Source of the DNA: Eledone cirrhosa
Taxonomy: Eukaryota
NCBI GenBank assembly: GCA_964016885.1
Contig: OZ024745.1
Location: 7,502,001-7,566,000 of the forward strand
DNA: 64,000 nucleotides
Direction: 5' to 3'
In this document: positions 55,168 to 64,000 of the stretch, piece after piece
How the letters are laid out: each line of letters starts with the position of its first letter
Position numbering within the stretch: the stretch's first letter is position 1
Translations under genes and position numbers: made by a program
Notes under the pieces: generated by a model
The model's database searches: none
The model's input: the letters and a program-made list of their open reading frames with translations, nothing else
What the model was told of the DNA's origin: nothing

Positions 55168-55439
55168 CATAATAAGATGATATATTAGAGGTGGATGTCT
55201 GAAGTTATGTCATAAGATGATAAAAGTGGACGTCTGAAGTTATGTCATAAGATATAGTAGAGGTGGATGTCTGAAGTTATGTCATAAGATATAGTAGAGG
55301 TGGATGTCTGAAGTTATGTCATAAGATGATATAGTGGAGGTGGATGTCTGCAGTTATGTCATAAGATGATATAGTAGAGGTGGATGTCTAAAGTTATGTT
55401 GTAAGATGATAAAGGTGGATGTCTGAAGTTATGTCATAA
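55168..55439. repeat. 34-40-bp minisatellite, ~7 copies
   Basis: Unit GAGGTGGATGTCTGAAGTTATGTCATAAGAT(GAT)ATAGTA. Confidence 0.93.
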
Positions 55440-55679
55440 TACCATCTTGGAATGGAGACTTCTGTGGCATAAAATAATTTGGAATCTGGCTGTAAAGGAA
55501 TTTAGAGGAAAATCTAGCATGGAAGTATTAATATGTTAAAATATGGTGGTACCTTAATTATTGGATAACAAGAGTCATTAAAATAAGATTAGGAAAGCAA
55601 TTGCAGTACATCTGGGAGAAATTATTTAACTTTACTTTCAACTCATATCTCCCAACTACCATTTTGAAACATTACCAAC

Positions 55680-56000
55680 AGACATCACTGCTTGCCAGTG
55701 CAAAGAGGGTAAACTGTCAAAGTATCAGCCAGTCTCTGATAGGTCTTTAGTAGAACCTGTGGCAGTGGAGACCTCTGGCAGTCTTGGTCCCCAGACCACA
55801 TCCCTGTTATAGGGGTGGAGTTGGCTACCTGCAGGTGTGGCAGTGGTTACTTCTGGTAGTCTTGGTCCCTAGACCACATCCCTGTTATAGGGGTGGAGTT
55901 GGCTACCTGCAGGTGTGAACCCCACAAGGTGGAGTGTCTGTTCCAGCACATCTTCCTCACTGCCATCCTCTGGGGCAATGTCTTCTCCATCCTGTCTCCC
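55680..56000 (+). mobile_element. CRE-clade-like non-LTR retrotransposon C-terminal fragment with an internal 78-bp tandem duplication
   Basis: EPVAVETSGSLGPQTTSLL and ECLFQHIFLTAILWGNVFSIL resemble the PxAVETxGxxG and LFQRISxAIQRGNAxSIL end of RLE-bearing CRE elements; duplicated unit starts at 55758 and 55836. Confidence 0.65.
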
Positions 56001-56789
56001 ACAAGGACCATGAGATGGACTGACCGTTAACCTTGATAGATTTAAGGACAGTTACACCATGTTTTCCACAGCAGACACCAACATGAAGGCAACGTCTACT
56101 ACTAACAGATAAGTTAAATATCAACAGTCATTATCTATTGGTTGGTTTTGGTGGCTGATGATATATGAAAAAGCTGTCTTTGTTTTATTGCAGGAGAAGA
56201 GAAACCATTAGAATATCCTCTTCATATACACATTGGGTTGTTGATTATACAGAGTTCTCTTATCCCATACACAGGTCAGTAAACATATCGCAATTCATAC
56301 ATGTCTTATGAAAACACAATGCCAAAAGATAGCTTAAAACATCTTTTTAGTTATTTCAATAAGATTTACAATGGCAATCAGGATAAAACCAGTTGAAACA
56401 TTTAACAAATGATTACACCAAACTTATGTTGATGCAGCTTATAAGTTGCCATGGTAGTAACAACATACCATTTAGAATCAGTTTATTATGAACTAAATTT
56501 ATTGATCAAACGCAAATTAAACTTTGAATAGCTAACATTCACAACCACTAGCTCAACTGCAGAAAAAGTTGCATTTTACTGTCAAAGATAAAGAGATGCA
56601 AAATCATCAGAATTTATGCCGGTTTTAGGAAGAACTTTGAAAACAAAATCTACACTGATAATTTTTAAAGCAGTCTTTTATGAAATCCAAATGATAGAAA
56701 ATATCCACTAATTAACAATATATTGTATGTATAAGGGTTCATATATGTCTATCATAATTATTCACTTGTTAATCTCTAATTGCAGTGTT

Positions 56790-57960
56790 ATAGATTATTT
56801 AGTAGAAAGTGGAAAGGTTTACACAATGCAGTGATTGCTGGAGGTGTGAATATGAAAGAGTTGATTAGAAGCTGTACTGGAATGTAAACCAGGCTGAAGT
56901 GGTTGAGAGGATAGATACAGCGTTGAAATTGGTTGAGGGGATACAATGATAGATACAGCAATGAAGTGGTTGAGAGCATGCAATGATAGAATCTGCTGAT
57001 GAATTTGACATTTAGATCAAGGATGAAGCTTGTAACGATTTCTCTTGCCAAAAGCTGCCATATCAACAGAATGAAGAATCTTAACAAAAACAACGATGTA
57101 GATAATAGAGAATAAAGCAACATGAAGAGTTGAATAATAGAAGTAGAGACAAGATGAGAAAAGGAAACAAATGGAAATTGGTTATAGGCCAGTGATGCCA
57201 GTAGAAGAAAACTGTTCTAGACGGACTAGAATTCTATGATAGACATCTTTTCTACAAACTAATTGGCTGCAGGTAAAATAGTTAAAGGGATATGGTGGGT
57301 GTGGAGTGACCAGTTAAGTTTAGGGTGATAATCTACAATATGTTAAAATTAAGATAAAAATAACAGCTGTAATATGTATAAGAAATATTTAAGGAAAATA
57401 ATTATTGTATTGATAATTTCCTCCAGTTAAACTGTGACCTGAGTGTTGCTGCAATTACTTGGAATAGCCAGCTTACCAGTATGAAGGTGAACAACAGAAG
57501 AGTGAAGCTAAAGTTTAAGATGAGTTGTTACCAAACAACAGGGTTGTGGGGGCCAGAAAAATAAAGGCAATGGAGAAGATAGTTCACTAAATAAGACAAA
57601 TATAATAAGTGAGTGTGACCATGGAATGTGTTGGGACTGAGAGGAGACGTTCACAGTGAAGTGAGGAGAGACAATACCTGAAGCGTGGTGAACTAGAGAA
57701 AGACGGAGGTTGGAGAAAGAAACAACGACGATGGGAGGAGAAGAGGGAAGGGGAAGAAGGAAAGTATGTATTGACAAAGAATTGGGGAAAGCGGTCATAA
57801 AAAAAGATGGCCCCTGCAGTCTAGGGCAAATATGGGTCTCGGCTGCTTCCATGATAGCAGAAATGGCTTACAGTATGAGTCAAGTATTTCTGAACAGTGA
57901 TAACGAAGAAAGGATTTTTATCGGTTAGAGAGGAATGTAGGGGCAATCAATTCAACAACC
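56790..57960 (-). mobile_element. Probable highly decayed retroelement remnants (possibly Penelope-like)
   Basis: Purine-rich plus strand and organisation similar to 8420-8790; no clean motif. Confidence 0.25.
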
Positions 57961-60016
57961 GGTCATTATTATAACTGCTGTCCAGGGTGTCTCTCCACTG
58001 AAACTAGGGAAACGAGAGATGCTAGATAAATAAAGAAAATTTAAGACAATTTAAATTAAGCAGCACGAACAAAAAAATAAACCCAAATCTGAATAGAAAA
58101 TATAATTATTAAAGCATATACACAGACCAATATTTAGAAAATATCGTAAATGCAACTATATATATATATACACACACCTACTTTTATCAAAAGGTTAAAC
58201 ACATACGTACAAATATAGAAGTTTGTGTCATGATCATTAAAATAGATATTAATGGAGACAGAAAAGTTAATACTGGTTTGGATGTGCGCTTGTTATAATT
58301 TAGATCTTAGTTTCTCCGCCCAAATAAGAAAAACACCATGAAAAGAGAATAGCAATCGAAATTATATACAATGATTAGACAACAAATATATCTTGAGAAG
58401 ATTTAATAAATCAGAAATAATCAATGAAAGCAAATCTTCCATCTTAAATAAATAAAAAAAAAAAGACAGTAGTGATGAGGGGCGGAATATTTTGGGTTAA
58501 AAATCTAAAGTATAAACAACAGCAAGGAGAGAAACTCGGCCGAGTTAAGTAGCCAATTTGATGGTGTTTGCTTGATAGTTATCCAGTTCCTCCCTCTAAA
58601 CCTCCTAATATATTGTTTGTTGTTGGGAATTCTAATGTTGGTTATTATTCCTTCCCTACCCCCAACACCTTACTGCGGTAGGGAGAGAAAAGAGGGGACA
58701 GTGCATCATTCGTCCATCTATCAACACAGTGGATGGGACATCAGTAAAAGGTGATTTCTTATTTCACACGCCTAGTCACATAATTACTGTAGAGAACTGG
58801 CATTATTATATCAATTATTACAAACGACTAAATACACAACATATACAAGTTCTTCAAAGAAAGCTCTATTTTGGTATTATTATAAACCGTCATTTAAATC
58901 AATATGCAGTTGTTATTTTAATAATAGAAAGTGGGGCGGATAGAAACATTTCAATAATTGCAACTCGTCCCCAGGGGTCAGTTATTGACTTGATTTATTT
59001 TAAATGACAGATGGCAAGGTAACATGGAAAACAAACGATGAGGTGGTGAGGGGCGTCAATATAACAACCTTGAATAAATTAACTAGGGAGAGAATGGAGG
59101 CTGACAAAAAGGGAGGAGTACATAACAAAAATAAAATACAATTAAAATAAAAACGTAATGCATTAAAAAATTCTAATAAAAAATAAATCCCCCTCATTAT
59201 TATTATTCCATCTATGTTTTCCTTCTTTGTGGTTCCTTTTATTTAATCTTTTCTATCATTCATTAAATGAAATTAAACAAGCAACTGTCACAAACTGAGG
59301 GTTCACTCTGTATGATGAGGAACGTTAAAAATTGGTCCTTCATTTTATGACCGAAGTGTGTTCAACGACTGTTTCGTATACGAGAGGCTATTTATCTGAT
59401 GTCGGTCAGTAATATAGAAGACAAGTTACAGTTAAATATATTTATTTTAAAAGACACCAAAGTCAGGTCAGGCATAATTGTATTAACAATACTTCAACAT
59501 TTAATATATAAGGACAGAATCAACTAGAAGCAATACAGTGAACACACATCATAGTAAGGTTTCCGCTAGACTATCGTATAATAATACTACATGTGTATTG
59601 GACTTGAGAGGATATAGTGATTAGTGAGAGAGGGGGAGAGAGAGGAGACCATAGAGAGAGAGAGGAAGGGACGAGAGAGAGGAGACCATAGAGAGAGAGA
59701 GGAAGGGACGAGAGAGAGAGGGGTTGACTGTCACACAAGAAAACACCTAAGAATTTTTTCAGTTGGGATTTTAGAATCGGAACTATCTCCAAACAGATTC
59801 TGTACCTACAAATCAATAATATATATACACAGGATCGATGTATATATATATATATATTGTAACGATCCTGTAAGGTAAATAATAAAACCAAAAGTAGAAA
59901 TCAGCAATAAACACGAAGAATAATAAGTGTGGGATGAAGCAAATAGCATTAAATTGGAATTCCTCACTTTTCAGTCAATTACAAATACATATTGCATGAG
60001 TGGAAATGGATGAATC

Positions 60017-60074
<58 letters not shown>

Positions 60075-60269
60075 GTGCACCCTCAGTGGATAACGGCCTC
60101 GTTTAGAGGAATTAATACATACTACGATGCATGGTACATATGTATGTGCCACCCTCACGTTATATATATATATATATATATATGGAAAGTTATATTTAAA
60201 TTGTTGGGTTACAACTAGTAAATATTTATAACTGATATAAAAGCACTCGACAAATATTTGGAGTATATT

Positions 60270-60668
60270 TACAATATTAAATAAATGGAAACTATATTTA
60301 TAAAACCATATTTATTTCATTATATATATTTCAGGGATATCATATTAACAATATGCTATGCCTTCCTCAGACAAAATACAATATAAACAGTTTTATAGAT
60401 AAATAGATTCGACATACCGTAACATCTACTTGCATTTGAGAAGGTTGATTTGGTAGTGACAAAATATATATTTTGTCACTACCAAATCAACCTTCTCAAA
60501 TGCAAGTAGATGTTGTTACGGTATGTCGAATCTATTTATCTATAAAACTGTTTATATTGTATTTTGTCTGAGGAAGGCATAGCATATTGTTAATATGATA
60601 TCCCTGAAATATATATAATGAAATAAATATGGTTTTATAAATATAGTTTCCATTTATTTAATATTGTA
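60270..60668. repeat. Spacer-less near-perfect palindrome, arms 198 and 201 bp
   Basis: Centre GTGACAAAATATATATTTTGTCAC (axis 60467/60468); the arms differ only by a 3-bp indel as far as I can read. Confidence 0.97.
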
Positions 60669-60980
60669 TATATATATATATATATACGAGAGAGAGACGG
60701 ATGAAGAAGGAAAGAGAGAGAGCCTATGATGTATGAAACATGAGATTCCATTAATACCAATCAGTGCCTGTTGTGTTTATCTATAGTTCAATAATAAACA
60801 GCAGTAATGACAGGAATATAGCAGAGTCATTAAGACAAACAGCAAGTCTTAGAGATGGAAGTAAAAATAACTCAAGCAGAACTTTTAACCAACTCCTGCT
60901 ACACAATCAGTCGGGCTTTGGGGTTTAAATTATTTTATTTATCAGTTGTTGACAGATTATCGAGTAAGGGACAAAAGTAG

Positions 60981-60984
<4 letters not shown>

Positions 60985-61018
<34 letters not shown>

Positions 61019-61062
61019 GTATATATATATATATATATATATATAGACAGTATATATAGACA

Positions 61063-61097
<35 letters not shown>

Positions 61098-61114
61098 GAC
61101 AGTATATATAGACA

Positions 61115-61149
<35 letters not shown>

Positions 61150-61166
61150 GACAGTATATATAGACA

Positions 61167-61203
<37 letters not shown>

Positions 61204-61220
61204 GACAGTATATATAGACA

Positions 61221-61255
<35 letters not shown>

Positions 61256-61273
61256 GACAGTATATATAGACAG

Positions 61274-61305
<32 letters not shown>

Positions 61306-61347
61306 GACAGTATATATAGACAGTATATATATATATATATATATATA

Positions 61348-61399
<52 letters not shown>

Positions 61400-61588
61400 T
61401 ATATATATATATATATATAGAGATATATATATATATATATATAGAGATATATATATATATATATATAGAGATATATATATATATATATATAGAGATATAT
61501 ATATATATATATATATAGAGATATATATATATATATATATAGAGATATATATATATATATATATAGAGATATATATATATATATATAT

Positions 61589-61679
<91 letters not shown>

Positions 61680-61754
61680 TATATATATATATATATATAT
61701 ATAGATATATATATATATATATATATATAGAGATATATATATATATATATATAT

Positions 61755-61789
<35 letters not shown>

Positions 61790-61964
61790 TATATATATAT
61801 ATATATATATAGAGATATATATATATATATATATATATAGAGATATATATATATATATATAGAGATATATATATATATATATAGAGATATATATATATAT
61901 ATAGAGATATATATATATATATAGAGATATATATATATATATAGAGATATATATATATATATAT

Positions 61965-62022
<58 letters not shown>
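60985..62022. repeat. Interrupted (TA)n array (TAGACAG then TAGAGA interruptions)
   Basis: About 1 kb of TA runs with periodic interruptions. Confidence 0.97.
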
Positions 62023-62025
<3 letters not shown>

Positions 62026-62211
62026 ATCAAAAGATGGTTAAAGGAGTTCAATATATTTTATTATGCGCATTTCAAAAACAAACATCATCAAACAATAATA
62101 TTTGTGTTTTCATCAGATAAAACAGGAGAACATGATATGAAGGCTAAAAAAAACACTTGTTGATGGTGCAGTTTTAAATCAACATATTGTACTACAATAA
62201 AACTCACCTCC

Positions 62212-62212
<1 letters not shown>

Positions 62213-62259
<47 letters not shown>

Positions 62260-62331
62260 TATATATATATATATATATATACAGATATATATATATATAT
62301 AGAGATATATATATATATATATACATACACA

Positions 62332-62367
<36 letters not shown>

Positions 62368-62388
62368 GATATATATATATATATATAC

Positions 62389-62423
<35 letters not shown>

Positions 62424-62557
62424 TATATATATATATATATATACAGATATATATATATATATATATATATACAGATATATATATATATATATATACAGAG
62501 ATATATATATATATATATATACATACAGAGATATATATATATATATATATATACATA

Positions 62558-62639
<82 letters not shown>

Positions 62640-62670
62640 CAGATATATATATATATATATATATACATAC

Positions 62671-62769
<99 letters not shown>

Positions 62770-62802
62770 CAGGGATATATATATATATATATATATACAT
62801 AC

Positions 62803-62883
<81 letters not shown>

Positions 62884-62887
62884 CATA

Positions 62888-62927
<40 letters not shown>

Positions 62928-62931
62928 CATA

Positions 62932-62977
<46 letters not shown>

Positions 62978-62978
62978 C

Positions 62979-63029
<51 letters not shown>

Positions 63030-63094
63030 CAGAGATATATATATATATATATATATATACATACAGATATATATATATATATATATATACATAC

Positions 63095-63131
<37 letters not shown>

Positions 63132-63132
63132 C

Positions 63133-63171
<39 letters not shown>

Positions 63172-63203
63172 CAGATATATATATATATATATATATATAC
63201 ATA

Positions 63204-63241
<38 letters not shown>

Positions 63242-63246
63242 CATAC

Positions 63247-63287
<41 letters not shown>

Positions 63288-63303
63288 TATATATATATAT
63301 ATA

Positions 63304-63397
<94 letters not shown>

Positions 63398-63463
63398 GAT
63401 ATATATATATATATACAGAGATATATATATATATATACAGAGATATATATATATATATATATA

Positions 63464-63503
<40 letters not shown>

Positions 63504-63579
63504 GATATATATATATATATACAGAGATATATATATATATATATATATATACAGAGATATATATATATATATATATATA

Positions 63580-63617
<38 letters not shown>

Positions 63618-63633
63618 GATATATATATATATA

Positions 63634-63675
<42 letters not shown>

Positions 63676-63692
63676 GATATATATATATATAT
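62213..63692. repeat. Interrupted (TA)n array (TACAGA, TACAGAGA, TACATACAG interruptions)
   Basis: About 1.5 kb; source of the YIYI ORFs. Confidence 0.97.
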
Positions 63693-64000
63693 GGAGGCAC
63701 ATGGCTTAGTGGTTAGAGCATTGGCCTTGCAATCGAAAGGTTGTGAGTTCAATTCTCAGACTGGGTGATGTGTTGTTTCCTTGAGCAAGACACTTTATTT
63801 CACATTGCTCCAGTTTACTCAGCTGTAGAAATGAGATGATAGGGACTGGGGTCCATATCATTCCACTGCAAAGTGGTCGTGGAGGTGCCACGGCAAAAAA
63901 GCACCCAGCACTCACTGTAAATGAGGTTGGTGTTAGGAAGGGCATCCAGCTGTAGAAATCAAGCCAAAATCAGTTCCCGTCCCACCCTTGCAAGCAGGGA
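63693..64000 (+). mobile_element. Well-preserved tRNA-derived CORE-SINE with RTE-type 3' module (runs off window)
   Basis: A box TGGCTTAGTGG, B box GAGTTCAATTC, MIR-core-like TTCCTTGAGCAAGACACTTT..CCAGTTTACTCAGCTGTAGAAATGAG, then the tail shared with 32990-33150. Confidence 0.88.

Noticed and set aside
57477-57997. Minus-strand exon (acceptor 57998, GTAAGC donor 57476) and ORF 57508..57852
   Set aside because: The splice signals are plausible, but the interior looks like retroelement debris and has no recognisable protein; RNA data are needed.
59312-59399. C/D box snoRNA (ATGATGA...CTGA)
   Set aside because: No terminal stem or recognisable rRNA guide; such boxes occur by chance.
60925-63752. 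Long YIYI ORFs (also 1074-1648)
   Set aside because: Translations of (TA)n microsatellites.
63693-63765. tRNA gene
   Set aside because: It has A/B boxes but poor stem pairing and continues into SINE core and tail.

Overview
AT-rich animal genomic DNA, most likely an octopod cephalopod (inferred from the CORE-type tRNA-derived SINEs, RTE LINEs with (ATG)n tails and abundant (TA)n). There is one clear host coding exon: the first coding exon of Axin on the minus strand (4707-5725), with tankyrase-binding motifs and the RGS domain, bounded by canonical splice sites. The remaining coding exons must lie left of the window and the non-coding 5' exon(s) somewhere to the right. The rest is upstream intron or intergenic DNA full of transposon relics: RTE and Rex3-like LINEs, Penelope-like and CRE-like fragments, two SINE families, TTAA-flanked MITEs and a deleted mariner. 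It also holds two large minisatellite arrays (46-bp unit, about 10 kb; 44-bp unit, about 5.5 kb), several small minisatellites, kilobase interrupted (TA)n arrays and a spacer-less palindrome of about 400 bp. I found no convincing new multi-gene system. The best observations are that the 44-bp array appears to be an amplified SINE head, the two arrays share colinear motifs and show higher-order duplications, fold-back duplications sit at TA runs, and a uORF stop overlaps the Axin start codon. Family assignments come from motif recognition by eye, and most transposon boundaries are approximate.
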